DNA from: Saprolegnia diclina VS20
Lineage: Eukaryota
Direction: 5' to 3'
DNA length: 64,000 nucleotides
Assembly: GCF_000281045.1 (NCBI RefSeq)
Contig: NW_008246085.1
Span: forward strand, 373,749 to 437,748
A program made the position numbers and the translations under genes. Positions 1 through 11,802 of the stretch are shown in pieces. The notes below the pieces were generated by a model that was not told the DNA's origin, did not search any database, and was given only the letters and a program-made list of their open reading frames with translations. The first letter of the stretch is position 1. The number at the start of each line of letters is the position of its first letter.

Positions 1-3000
1 GCTCCAACGGCGCGGCGCCGTTCAACCCGGCCGCGCAGCCGCGGTCCTTTGGCCCGCCATCGCAAAATGCGCCTCTGTCTGGCGGACCGCCACAAGCGGC
101 GTTCGGTCGGCAAGCGTCGGGTCCACTGTCGCAAGGCCAATTGAGTGGTCCGCCCCAGCCGTTTGGCCGACCTGCTCCGCCAGCGTTTGCGCAAGGCCCA
201 CCCCAAGCTTTTGCTGCGCAAGGACCGCCTGCGATGCAAGCACCACCGCAACAGCCTCCCCACGGACAGTTTGCCACGCCACAGGGAGCGAGTGGTCCGC
301 CACAAGAGCTGCATCAAGCGTTTGGACGTATGGCCGTTCAGCCTGCGGGGCCGCCACGAGCACCACCGATGGGTCACGCGCCGCCGATGAACCAACCGCC
401 GCCGATGAACCAGGCACCTGGAAGCTACCCTCCGATGGGCCAAGGGCCGCCCACGATGATGCACCAAATGCAGCCGCAGCACCAGCCCACGAGCCACGGA
501 CCCTCGCCGCTACAGCCGTTGCGGAGCTACCCGCCGGCAATGCAGGCGCCCGGTAGCTACCCTCAAGCGACACGTGGTACTGCGCTCCCGAGCGGCGACT
601 TTAACCAAGGCAACTACGCTGCGCAGCAGCCGATGATGGCGCAGACGCACGCCCCCGTCCTGGCTGCGCCGTGCGACCCGCGCTATCTTCGTATGACCGT
701 CAATGCTGTCGCCCATTCGCAAGAGCACGCAACCAAGTCGGCGCTGCCTTACGGTCTCGTGCTCCAGCCGCTGGCCGAGCCCGAGGACGGCAAGGAGGTA
801 CGAAACTCAATCGGAAGGGATATGAATCTCAAACTCAATGTTGCTAGCTGCCGGTGGTCAACTTTGGCGCGTCGGGCGTCGTGCGCTGCAAGTCGTGCCG
901 CGCGTACATCAACCCGTACATTCAGTGGATGGACAACGGTCGCCGGTGGCGCTGCAACCTCTGCGGCATCGCGAACGACGGTACGGACCTGAATCTCAAA
1001 ACTGAAAATTGAGTTGCGCCTCCTAGTCCCGAGCTCGTACTTTTGCCATCTGAATGCAAACGGCGTCCGCCACGACATTGACGAGGTACGATGCCGCGAG
1101 TTTGCTCGGGCATGAGACGAGGCTTTTTGCGTAGCGTCCGGAGCTTCGCGGCAGTGTCGAGATCATTGCGCCGTCCGAGTACACGGTGCGCCCGCCGATT
1201 CCGCCGGCATTTGTGTTTGTCGTCGACGTCTCGGCGCAAGCGGTGGCGAGTGGCATGGTGCAAGTGGCCGCCGAAACCATCTTGGCACAGCTCGACAACC
1301 TTCCGGGCGAAGGACGCACGCGCTTTGGCTTGATTACCTACGACAGCCACGTGCATTTCTACAACCTCAAGGCCGGCTTGAAGGCGCCGCAGATGATGGT
1401 CGTCCCCGACATCAACGAGCTCTTCATTCCGATCCCGGACGAGCTCCTCGTCAACCTCAGGTTTGCTCCATCTCTTGGCAGCATGAAGCTCATATCTCTA
1501 ACATAGCGACTCGCGGGATGTGATTGAGAGCTTACTGGAGATGCTGCCGCGTATGCACCAAGGCACGCGCAACCCCGACACGTGCTTGGGCCCGGCGATT
1601 CGCGCCGCCTTCCGTCTCATGGTGCGCCACGATGCGCTCGACCACTAAGATTTCATTTTCTTATGGTAGACGGCACTGGGGGGCAAGATGCTCGTGTTCC
1701 AGAGCTCGCTGCCGACGACGGGCCAGGGCGCGCTCAAGCACCGCGACGACCCGCGCCTCCTCGGTTCGGAGAAGGAGCAGTCTCTGCTCAACCCTGTTGA
1801 CACGTACGTCAACGTATACGCAATGGCGTCGCTTGACGGCCTGTATCGGTAGGTTTTACCGCAAGAACGCGATCGAGTTTTGCCGGCAGCAAGTCAGCGT
1901 CGACACGTTCCTCTTTGCGCCGCAGTACACGGACGTGGCATCGCTCGCGCCGCTCTCAAAGTACTCTGGCGGACAGCTCTTCTACTACCTCAACTTTTCC
2001 GCGCCCGTCGATGGCCACAAGTTTGCGACGGAGCTCGGTCGCTGCTTGACGCGCGAGACGGGCTGGGAGGCGATTCTGCGACTGCGGTGCACGAAAGGCA
2101 TGCGCTTCAGCAACTACTATGGCAACTCGTTTTTGCGCGGCCCCGACCTCCTTGCGGTGCCCAGCGTTCACGCGGACGCGGCGTTTGGCGTGGAACTCGA
2201 GCACAGCGACACGCTCTTGACGTCCAACACGATCTCGATCCAAGCCGCCGTGCTCTACACGACGTCGTCCGGCGAGCGGCGCATTCGTGTGCACACGACT
2301 GCGATTCCCGTCGTCAAAGGTATTCAATAATGGTCGTAACGGCACCTCACGCGGCGACATGTAGCGTATGCCGACCTCTTTCACGCGGTCGACATGGACG
2401 CCATGTGCAACCTCGTTGCCAAGAGCGGTACGAACACGACGAGGAACCTGGCGGTGATCAAAAATGTTCTTATCGGCGATGATAGCGCTGGAAGTCGCGC
2501 TCAAGACAGGTTTACCAAACGCCCGCAACAAGCTCCAAGCTGTCGCGTCCGACGTGGCCCGGGCCTACCGCACGTACGGTGGCAGCGTTGCAGGTGGCTA
2601 CCAGCTCCAGCTGCCGACGTCGCTGCAGCTCCTGCCGCTCTACATGGTACGGCTATCTTTTGTTATACCAAGTGCTAACACGTCGGGTGTTAGATGTCGC
2701 TCATGAAGAACCCGGCGTTCCGCGGCGGCAACGACATTGGCTCGGACGAGCGGTCGGCGACGCAGTATACGCTCAACAACCTCTCGGTGACGCTGTCCCG
2801 GACGTTTATTTACCCGCGCCTCTTCTCGCTCCTCGAGATGCCCCAAGAAGCCGGCCTGCCTATCGCCGAAGGCGAACTCCCGCCGGGCGTGACGACGGCC
2901 GGTGCGCAACAGATCCAGCTGCCGCCCGTGGTCAACCTCTCGGTGGACCGGCTCAACACGGAAGGCGCCTTCTTGCTGGACGACACGGTGTCGCTGCACC

Positions 3001-3317
3001 TCTGGCTCGGCCGCAACGTCTCGCCTCGCTTCCTCCAGAGCCTCTTTGGCACCGACACCATCGACGGCGTGGACCCGCGCCAACTCCAGCTTGTCGAACC
3101 CACAGACGACCTTGGCACGCGCCTGCACAACATTTTCTCAGCGATCCGCGAAGACCGCCCGGCCTTCCTCAAGCTCCACGTGCTGCACGAAGGCGCGCAA
3201 GGCGAAGGTCGCTTCTTCTGGAAGCTTGTCGAAGATCGCGCAAGCTTCAACGGCGGCACGTACTCGTACGCCGAGTTCCTCGGGCAGGTCAACCGCGGCA
3301 GCCAAGGCGGCAAGTAG
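1..3317 (+). CDS. SEC24: COPII coat subunit Sec24 (copy A), 5' end outside window, ~10 exons
   Basis: Frame open from base 3. Pro/Gln-rich N-terminus; zinc finger ([14 protein letters not shown]...WRCNLC); trunk domain (FVFVVDVS...LITYDSHVHFYNL); [26 protein letters not shown]; gelsolin-like C-terminus ending LVEDR...SYAEFL...GGK* at 3317. Exons are joined by short GT-AG introns (e.g. 798-848, 1461-1506, 2648-2693). Confidence 0.95.
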
Positions 3318-3660
3318 ATTCCCCAAGCAGTTTTTTTATTTTGACTCTCACACCGCTACCATAGCCCAAGCCCTACTCAGAATGAGGCTATAGAAACGAT
3401 GTACATATACCTGCGACGAGTCTTGTCCCTACGTGCTGGTTGCTAGCGCTCAATCATCACTGTTTACGCAGCATTGCTCGCGCGACTAGAGTGGACCAAC
3501 CTCGTCCATCTAAGTAGCGTCGATCACTTCTTGACGCATATTTTCGCTACTCGAAGCGCCTTTGGACCGGAGGTGGCTCTACGAGACGCCATACCTCACG
3601 CTGCAAGCTGCGAAATGACGCACCCCCATGACGAGACATTCGAATACGCTGCTGATAGAC

Positions 3661-5482
3661 TTAGACATGCTGCACGGCCGGGAATGAGCCAAAGTCTTGG
3701 ACGTGGTTCGTGTGCAGCTTCATTTGCTCCATGGCCGCGCGAATGTGCGCGTCGTCGCGGTGGCCGTCGAGCTCGACGAAGAAATCATAGTCCCATGCGT
3801 TCCCGACGCGCGGGATCGACTCGAGGCGCGTCATGTTGACGCCGTTGTCCTTGAAGACTTGCAATGCCGAGAGGAGCGACCCGACTTGGTGCTTGACGCT
3901 CATGCTGATGCACGTCTTGTCCCGGCCCGTCGGCGAGCTGCACGCTTTCCCAATGACGAGGAACCGCATCGATGTCGACGGCGGCGCGCTTGTCCAGGAC
4001 GACGCCGGCATCTCCACGTGGTGCGACAAGCCAAACGCCGTGGCTGCGTCATTGGTCGTGATGGCCAGCGCCGTCGTTTCCTCAAGCGCGCGGCGCGCGG
4101 CCTCCTCGACGCTCGCCACAACGACGACCTTGGCCGTGCTCCATAGCCGGTCGATCGCCGTGCCAAAGCTGGCTTCGGCCGACGCCGGGAGGTAGATCGA
4201 CGTCACGCTGGCCGGCGGAATAGCATGCTGCGCAGCGACAAGGAACGGTTCGAGCACGAGCGTCTCAGCCACAATCTTGAGCTGGCTACATGGCAGCAAC
4301 CCCATGAGAAAGGCTATGTGAATGGGCCATGAATGTACCTCTGCAGCAAGCGCAGCTGGGTCTCCTTGATGATGCCTGTCTGTGCGTCCTCGAACGCCAC
4401 GACGCCGTACGCAGTCTTGTTGTTGGCGACGCTCTGGAAGACGTCGGCGGTCGTCGACGTCGCCGCAAAGTTGGGCGTCGCATAGGCGCCAAAGTGCGTG
4501 ACGGCGGCCGTGAACGAGAGGCTTCCGATCGGACCGACGTACGCCACGGACTCGTGCTCGAGGCGCTGCAGTAGGTACGCGACTTGGACTTCCTTGGTCA
4601 ACGGCATGACGAAATTCTGCACACAGGGTCATGAGATGTGCGATGCAAGAGAAAAGGCTATGGCGTACGAGGTAGAGGTCCGAGATGAGCTGCGGGTCGA
4701 CCTTGCAGTGCCCGCTTGCCGTGGTCGGCGCCCCGTCAATGTCCTGGCCGTACGTGGACGCCTTGAGGCACACGCGCTTGGCGACTTTCTAATGTCGAGA
4801 TTAGTTGAGCTCTGAAGCGAACGGACAGCGATACCTCCTCGACGACGACGTTGGTGAGCGCCGCCATGATGCCCGTAGCGTCGTTGTTGCGGATGAGCGC
4901 CGTGTACTTGTCTGTCTCGGCCTGGAACTTGGCCTCGGCGATAAACTTGCCAAAGTGAATGCGCTTGCTCAAGGCTTGCAGCACGGCAACGTCCGCATTG
5001 GCCGCCGACCCATACTAGAGCACGACGCCATCAGCACATGGACAAAGCGAGTCATGTTGTACCGTGGTCGAGTCGTCGACGTCGGCTGTGATGTGCGGGA
5101 GGATCTTTTGCAGGTAGACATTCATGATCTGGTCGTTGATGTTGATCGCGTTGGGAATGAGAACGGTTGGGTACGCGACTGGCGGGAGCATTGGCTCGGG
5201 CAGGAGCTGCGGGAAGAACGCGTGCTCGTCCGGCGCCGTGTACCGGCGGTTGAGCGCGTGCAGCTTCTCGGTGCCACTGAGGAGAAAGTCGAGGAAGCTG
5301 CCTTGGAAGCTGTTGTACTTGCCCTTGAACTCGCGCAGCGACGGCGTGGCCTCGGCGCGCTGGCGGTAGATGGCATCGTTGCGCGCAAACTGGGCGCGCT
5401 CGATGAGCGCAAAGATGATCGTCTCTTCCTGGCGGATGAGCACGTTGCGGTAGTCGTCGAGGAGCACGCGGGTCGTCGTCAT
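3661..5482 (-). CDS. Chorismate mutase (eukaryotic Aro7/AroQ-beta type) fused to prephenate dehydratase-like and ACT domains
   Basis: CM motifs: LDDYRNVLIRQEETIIFALIERAQF, LQALSKRIHFGKFIAEAKF, MPLTKEVQVAYLLQRL. In the same exon these run straight into VAYVGPIGS (PDT start). ACT domain: DKTCISMSVKHQVGSLLSALQVFKDNGVNMTRLESIP...YDFFVELDG...DFGSFP. Four short introns. Confidence 0.9.
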
Positions 5483-5489
5483 GATGGGA

Positions 5490-5502
5490 TTCGGAAATGC
5501 CA
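5490..5502 (-). promoter_or_regulatory. Oomycete INR/FPR-like core promoter element
   Basis: Minus strand reads GGCATTTCCGAAT ~10 nt upstream of the chorismate mutase ATG. This resembles the oomycete TCATTYYNCAWTT initiator consensus. Confidence 0.4.
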
Positions 5503-6219
5503 TCTTCCAAACGTGGCCGATTCCGCGGCCAGAGAATTCCCATGGCATCGAACGCCGTTTCGAAATCCACGAGTCGTCCGGATAACAGGGTTTTGCCCGC
5601 GTTGCATCCGGGATAAAGAGGTTTTGCCCAGCTTAAAAATGGGAGAAACCCGAAAGGACCAAGCAACTTCAACGTCAGCGACTCTGTGATGGCGCATTCA
5701 CTTCAACCACTGCACACGAGCCAAGTCGCCGCAGAGGCCGAGGCCCACCGCCACATTACTCGTCATATCGTGCAACCAGAGCTTGGAAGACAAACGAGCT
5801 TCTCTCTGGCAGGCATTGGCTGAGGGCGGACCTGCCACGTCACGAGGCTAGCAACGATGGGAACGCATACCTTAGCGGTGCTGGAAGCCCATGATCTCTA
5901 ATGGGACGCGTGCTCCCTCCAGCACCTCGTCGTCAACCTTAACTACAAGTTGTCGTTGATCGATTCTGTTGGGTTTGGAGGATGGATTCGGTCTGTGAGG
6001 ACACGGCCTACGAGGACGTCTGCCGCTCCGTTGCGCGCTTTCCCGCCTTTGTCCGGATAGGCACATAGCCGCGCCACACGATTGGACGTTTTTCGGCCAA
6101 TCAAACTTGCGACACTGTCGCACGCGATGGCCATTGGTTGGCACGTGGGCCGAGCGAATCTGCCAGGACGAATCGACCGGTTCGCGTCGCAGCGCCCGAG
6201 CACTTGGTCCTTGGCGAGC

Positions 6220-7649
6220 ATGCACGAGCTCCTCGAGACGCTGCTTTCCAAGCAGAAGTTTGTCAAGGCGCTTGCCACCGCGCCGCCCGCGCGCATTCCC
6301 AACTTTGACAAGGTCGTCGCCTTCGTCGGCGCGGGCAGTGACCTCGCGCGCTGCCACCAAGCGCTCCGCGACGCCGTCCTCGTTGGCATTGACACGGTAG
6401 CGCCGCATCCATTGCAACGGATCTTCATGCAGTCTGCACGTGCAGGAAACCAAACCCGAGTTCAAGAAGCACTCGGAGCGCAACCCCGTCGCACTTCTCC
6501 AGATCGCGACGCGCGATGCGAAGGGCCATGAAGCCGTCTTCGTGCTCGATCTCATCGCATTGGACGTCGACGACTACAACGACATGCTCACCGAGCTCTT
6601 TTGCGCGCACGATATAATCAAGATGGGACAAGGCTTGCTCGGCGATCTCAAAGTACGTCGTCAACCTCGCGGCGCATCATCTCATCCATTTTGTGCAGGA
6701 GCTCCATGAGGCGTACCCCAAGGCGTCGTGCTTTCGCAAGATCCACAGCGTCGTCGAGGCCAACGACCTCTTGCGCGTCGTTCTCGAGCACACGTGCCTC
6801 ATGAGCCTCCAGAAGATCGTATACTTTTGCTTGCAGAAAAAGCTCGTCAAGACGCAACAGACGTCCAATTGGCACCGCCGCCCGCTCTCGCCAGCGCAGC
6901 TTATGTACGCGGCACTGGACGCCCTCGTGCTGCTCTGGATCCACGACAAGCTCCTCGACGCGATTCCTTCGCCCTTCCACATGGACTCGATCTGGAAGAC
7001 GTGGGACCTCAACCGCAAGATCGAGCTGCCGTGCTCCAAATGCGGCGCCTGCTTCGAGTCCGACCACAGCTTGTATTCGCACTACGTCGCGTGCAGCGCC
7101 GACTCGACCGAGCGCAACTTTGCCTGCCCACGCTGTCCGAAGCGGTTCAAGACTGACGAGGCGCGCCGCCAGCACGCCGAGCACTGCATGGACACGGCTG
7201 TGCCACACGCCGTATCGACTGCTGCTCAAGTCGACTGCTACTGCGGCCGGTCACTCGTCGACGGGAAATGGAACGCGGGCCACCCAATGCACTACATGTG
7301 TGCGAGCTACAAGCAGTACGCGACGCTGTCGCCCGAGACAAACACATATATCTGGAACTGCGTCGACTGCGCCAAGACGTTCGAGTCGCCAGAAAAGCTT
7401 CTCTACCACCATGGGCTCTGTGCGACGACGCCGGCAACGACCAAGGTGCACGTCCGGTTCGACGAGTCACCCGCGCCGAAGCGCAAGGCGTCCATGGACT
7501 GCAGTAGCAGCGAAGAGAAGCGGCGGCATTTCCAGCGCACGGCGAGTGCTGACTTTACAGAGTCGCCCGAGGAAGAGTCGCTCTGGAGCGAAGTCGGCAA
7601 GTGGAGCTGCGATATCGAGGGCAACGACACCGACACCTCCAGCTATTAA
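6220..7649 (+). CDS. DEDDy 3'-5' exonuclease (Mut-7/EXD-like) with C-terminal C2HC-type zinc fingers
   Basis: ExoI VGIDT|ETKP is split by intron ~6397-6445. Also VALLQIA, VFVLDL, ExoII GDLKEL, LVKTQQTSNWHRRPLSPAQLMYAALDA (ExoIII). Fingers: CSKC..H...C, CPRC..H...C, CVDC..H...C. Confidence 0.85.
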
Positions 7650-8087
7650 TCAACTATATAACTATCCGAGAAGATATGCTTACCTGTCGTGTTCATCTTG
7701 CAAAGTCGAAACGCCCGTCGTCCTTTCTAGAGACGGTCACCATGCCATCGATCGTCGTTGCGAACTTGATTCATGCCGTTCATGGTGGCGCAACGCAGCG
7801 ACGCTATGAATAAGAAAGACGACGCGGCTGCCCCGACGTCCAGGACGTGGGGACAACAATGCTGGCGCTGCCTGGGGCTGGCGCCAAGATCTTGGTGTGA
7901 CTTCGCGTCGTTAGGATTCCACCAATCATTTCGTTCGGATTTCATTTTTTAAGAAAGTTCTTTTCCACTTGATGTTTGTAGAGGAATTAATATCTTTGAA
8001 TTAAATGACGGCCCACTTGGACATGTGGATCAAAGTATGGCAGTCATTTGTTGTTATTCAGAGGTCGCCGTACATCTCGTCGCCAGG

Positions 8088-9824
8088 ATGATGCAAGCCC
8101 CCGTCATGGTCCTCAGTACGTGGAGCCGCCTCCTGCGCCGAGCTCATGATGTGGCTTCCTCTAGACACCAACACCCAGCGTGAGACTGGTCGCTCGGCCC
8201 AGCTCGGCAACATCCAGGCCGCCAAGGTAGAACCGATATGGCCAGGTCGACGGACGCTCATGCGGGTGTAGGCGGTCTCGGAGATTGTCCGCACGACGCT
8301 CGGCCCGCGCAGCATGCTCAAGATGCTTCTCGACCCCATGGGTGGTATTGTCATGACGAGCGACGGCAACGCCATTTTGCGCGAAGTCGATGTCTCCCAT
8401 CCAGCCGCTAAGAGCATGATCGAGTTGAGCCGCGCCCAGGACGAAGAAGTTGGTGATGGCACCACCTCGGTCATCATCTTGTGTACGTAACTACGGCAAG
8501 CAATGCTGTCGGCTCATGAAAAGAAATCGTAGCGGGTGAAATGCTCGTTGTCGCTGAGCCCTTCCTCTCGCGCCAGGTCCACCCCACGGTCATTATTCGT
8601 GGCTACCACCAGGCCCTGCAAATGTGCTTGGAGACGTGCAAGCGCATGGCCAAGAAGATCGATGTCCACGACAAGGTCGCCATGCGCAACTTGATTCTCT
8701 CGAGCGTTGGCACCAAGTATTCGCCGCGCGTCGGCAACATTGTGGCCGAATTGGCCTTGGACGCGGTCTTGACGGTCATGCGCACGAACCCCCACACGGG
8801 CAAGAAGGAAGTCGACGTCAAGCGCTACGCCAAGGTCGAGAAGATCCCGGGCGGCGAGCTCGAGGACTCGCGCGTCCTCTCGGGTGTCATGTTCAACAAG
8901 GACGTGACGCACTCGAAGATGCGCCGCCACATCAAGAACCCGCGCGTCTTGCTGCTCGACTGCCCCCTCGAGTACAAGAAGGGCGAATCGCAGACCAACG
9001 TCGAGCTCACGAACGAGCAGGACTGGAACACGCTTCTCCGCATGGAGGAAGAGTACATTGAGCAGCTCTGCGCCCAGATCGTGGCCGTCAAGCCCGACAT
9101 TGTCATCACGGAGAAGGGCGTGAGCGACCTCGCGCAGCACTACTTTGTCAAGGCCAACATTACGTGCTTCCGCCGCCTCCGCAAGACGGACAACAACCGC
9201 ATCGCGCGCGCGACGGGCGCCACGATCGTCAGCCGCGCCGAGGAGATCCAGGAGAGCGACATTGGCAGCAAGTGCGGCGTCTTCGAAGTGCGCAAGATCG
9301 CCGACGAGTACTTCGCCTTTTTCGAAGACTGCAAGGACCCCGGTGCCTGCACGATCCTCCTCCGCGGTGGCTCCAAGGACGTCCTCAACGAAGTCGAGCG
9401 CAACCTCCAGGATGCGCTCCAGGTCGCCCGCAACGTGGTTTTCGAGCCGCTTCTTCTCCCGGGCGGTGGTGCCACCGAGATGCGCCTCGCGCACGAGCTG
9501 CGCCAGCGCGCGCACGAGATCGAAGGCGTCGAGCAGTGGCCGTTCAAGGCGGTCGCGGAAGCCCTCGAGGTCATTCCCCGCACGCTCCTCCAGAACTGCG
9601 GCGCGAGCGTAGTCCGCGTCATGACGGCGCTGCGGGCCAAGATTGCCGAAAACAACGGCGGGTACGCGGTCGACGGCGTCAAGGGCGCGGTCGTGACGAC
9701 GGAAGAACTCGGCGTCTGGGAGCCGTACCAGGTCAAGACGCAGACGATCAAGACGGCGGTCGAGGCTGCTTGCATGTTGCTGCGCATCGACGACATTGTC
9801 TCGGGCTTGGCCAAGAAGAAATAG
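8088..9824 (+). CDS. CCT3: T-complex protein 1 subunit gamma (chaperonin CCT3)
   Basis: MMQAPVMVL start; RTTLGPRSMLKMLLDPMGGIVMTSDGNAILRE; QDEEVGDGTTSV; KRYAKVEKIPGG; LLDCPLEYKKGESQT; LLRIDDIVSG. Three introns near the 5' end. Confidence 0.97.
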
Positions 9825-10262
9825 GTTTACACTAATACTACGTCAGGAAAAAAGGATTATCAGCAGAGAATATATAGGCACCAAAAACATTCTTCGATCG
9901 TACGTTGTCCTTGGCAGCATGGCGTACTGGAAGGAAGAAGAGGAGTCGGGAAGCAAGTAGGCGTAGGGACCATATCGCACCAACCATCTCGGGACGAGAC
10001 GTGGTTTCATTCGCATCCAGCGTAGCAGTCATGTAAGATCTTGGATGAGCTTGGCTTCCTGGCTATGAGTTCATGGTGGTCAGCCGATGACCCTACCCCT
10101 ATCGTAGCGAGGAAGCTCGAAACAGGCGTTCGTTGTGCATCCGCTCGACCATTTGGCTGCGCTTTGTGATGGACACTGGGCTTGGCAAGACACTGCGAGT
10201 GGTTTTGACATCTAGATCTGAGTTTTTTGTTGTTGGTGTTGTTAAGGTAGTACTGTAGTTAT

Positions 10263-11249
10263 CTAGTCCATGATTTCGTCGTCCGTCTTGAGCTGGCCGG
10301 GCGACTTGCGCAGCGCCTTGACGCGACGGACGTTCATGCTGTAAATATCTTGGTGCTCGACGTGGATGCGACCAATCTTGTCGCCCGTGAGCGCGTCGCG
10401 CGTGATGTTCTTGACCTTCTTGGGCGCGAGCTCCTTGGGCTTCTTGCACGCGGCCTTCATCAAGTCGGCAGACCCGAACTTGTGGCGGCGGAACGAGAGG
10501 TCGAAGCGCGGACCCATCTCGTCGAGCTCGACGCGCGGGTGCGTGTCGTTGGAGAGCTTAAAGTCGATCGAGTAGTGGCGGAAGAGAACGCGGTTCTTGG
10601 CGGCCGAGCACACAATGACGTGGTCGAGGCCCTTGAGGTTCACGGCCGTCGTGATCGTACCGCGGAAGATGTCGAGAAAGAGGTTCTTGAGCTTCGTGTA
10701 CTCTTCGATCGTGTCCCACTCGTTGCCAGCAAAGACGAAGCACGGCTTGGAGCCCGGCGCCATCTTGCTCTTGACCTTGAAGTCGTCGATCGACTTGAAG
10801 TTCTCAAAGCCCATTTCGATCATGTCCATGAGGTGGCCATCAAAGGTGCGGCCAAAGATGACGTTGTTCGGGCGCTTCTTCGTGCTCGAGCCGAGGAGGA
10901 AGAGGCTCGTGTCGTTCTTGGCCGTGAGGAACTCGACGCTGTTGGCATCGTCGAACGGGTGCAGCTCGTTGCGCTTCGAGAGCGCCTTGGCGTCCGGCGC
11001 CTTGATCATGCGCAGGTCGCGGAGCAGGTTCGAGACATCTTCGTTCGTCTTGTTGCCGCGGAGCACGAGGAGCTGCTTGGTGTTCTCGACGAGCTTCGGC
11101 GCCTTGTTCTTGATGGCGCGGGCCACCTTGGCCTTGACGCGCTTCGTCTTGATGGGCGTAGCAGCCTTGCCCTTGAGCTTCTTGGGCGCGCCCATCGCCT
11201 TGGACGGAGGAGCCGCCGGCTTGGCCATGCGCTTCGTCACCTTCGCCAT
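10263..11249 (-). CDS. RPF2: Ribosome production factor 2 (Brix domain)
   Basis: Single exon. PKLVENTKQLL, HPFDDANSVEFL..KNDTSLF..GSSTKKRPNN..FGRTFD, PRVELDEMGPRFD, GDKIGRIH. Confidence 0.95.
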   Translation of the reverse strand: MAKVTKRMAKPAAPPSKAMGAPKKLKGKAATPIKTKRVKAKVARAIKNKAPKLVENTKQLLVLRGNKTNEDVSNLLRDLRMIKAPDAKALSKRNELHPFDDANSVEFLTAKNDTSLFLLGSSTKKRPNNVIFGRTFDGHLMDMIEMGFENFKSIDDFKVKSKMAPGSKPCFVFAGNEWDTIEEYTKLKNLFLDIFRGTITTAVNLKGLDHVIVCSAAKNRVLFRHYSIDFKLSNDTHPRVELDEMGPRFDLSFRRHKFGSADLMKAACKKPKELAPKKVKNITRDALTGDKIGRIHVEHQDIYSMNVRRVKALRKSPGQLKTDDEIMD

Positions 11250-11802
11250 GCTTTTCTACGTTGTGAATCCCGCGTAGCAACCGGAACCTAATTTTGGTTG
11301 GTTGGTGTCCTAGAGACCACCAACCAAACGCAGGTAGCCAATCACAACGCTTCATTTCTTATCCGGATGGTCGGATAAGGATCGGCACCGCTTTCTTGCT
11401 GAAAAGGTTGTCTCCAGCGGACCTTGCTCACCTTGATCCTGACCTTGATCTTGGTGCGCATCTCGTGCTCGCCCTGCAGCGAGCCATGCATACGCTGTAT
11501 GAGGATACACTGGAATCTCACAGTGTATCTCCCCAACCTGCCCTCTGCACTCAGTTGTGGCGAGAGAGACGCTGCTTGCGTGGCCGGACGCTATGCTCGT
11601 GTCGCGCTGCCGTGGCGTTTGTCCTGATACGTTCGCCATATCTATTTTGTGGCCTCGTGGCACCACAGCAGCGTGCGTTGATGGAGTAAGTGCGGCGTGG
11701 ATGACGTGGATCGCGTGGATTCGGATTGGGCAAAGAACTGCACCGTTGCTCAGATAATGGCTGCTTTCGAGCGGCCGCTGATGACGCTATTTTCGACTTG
11801 GC

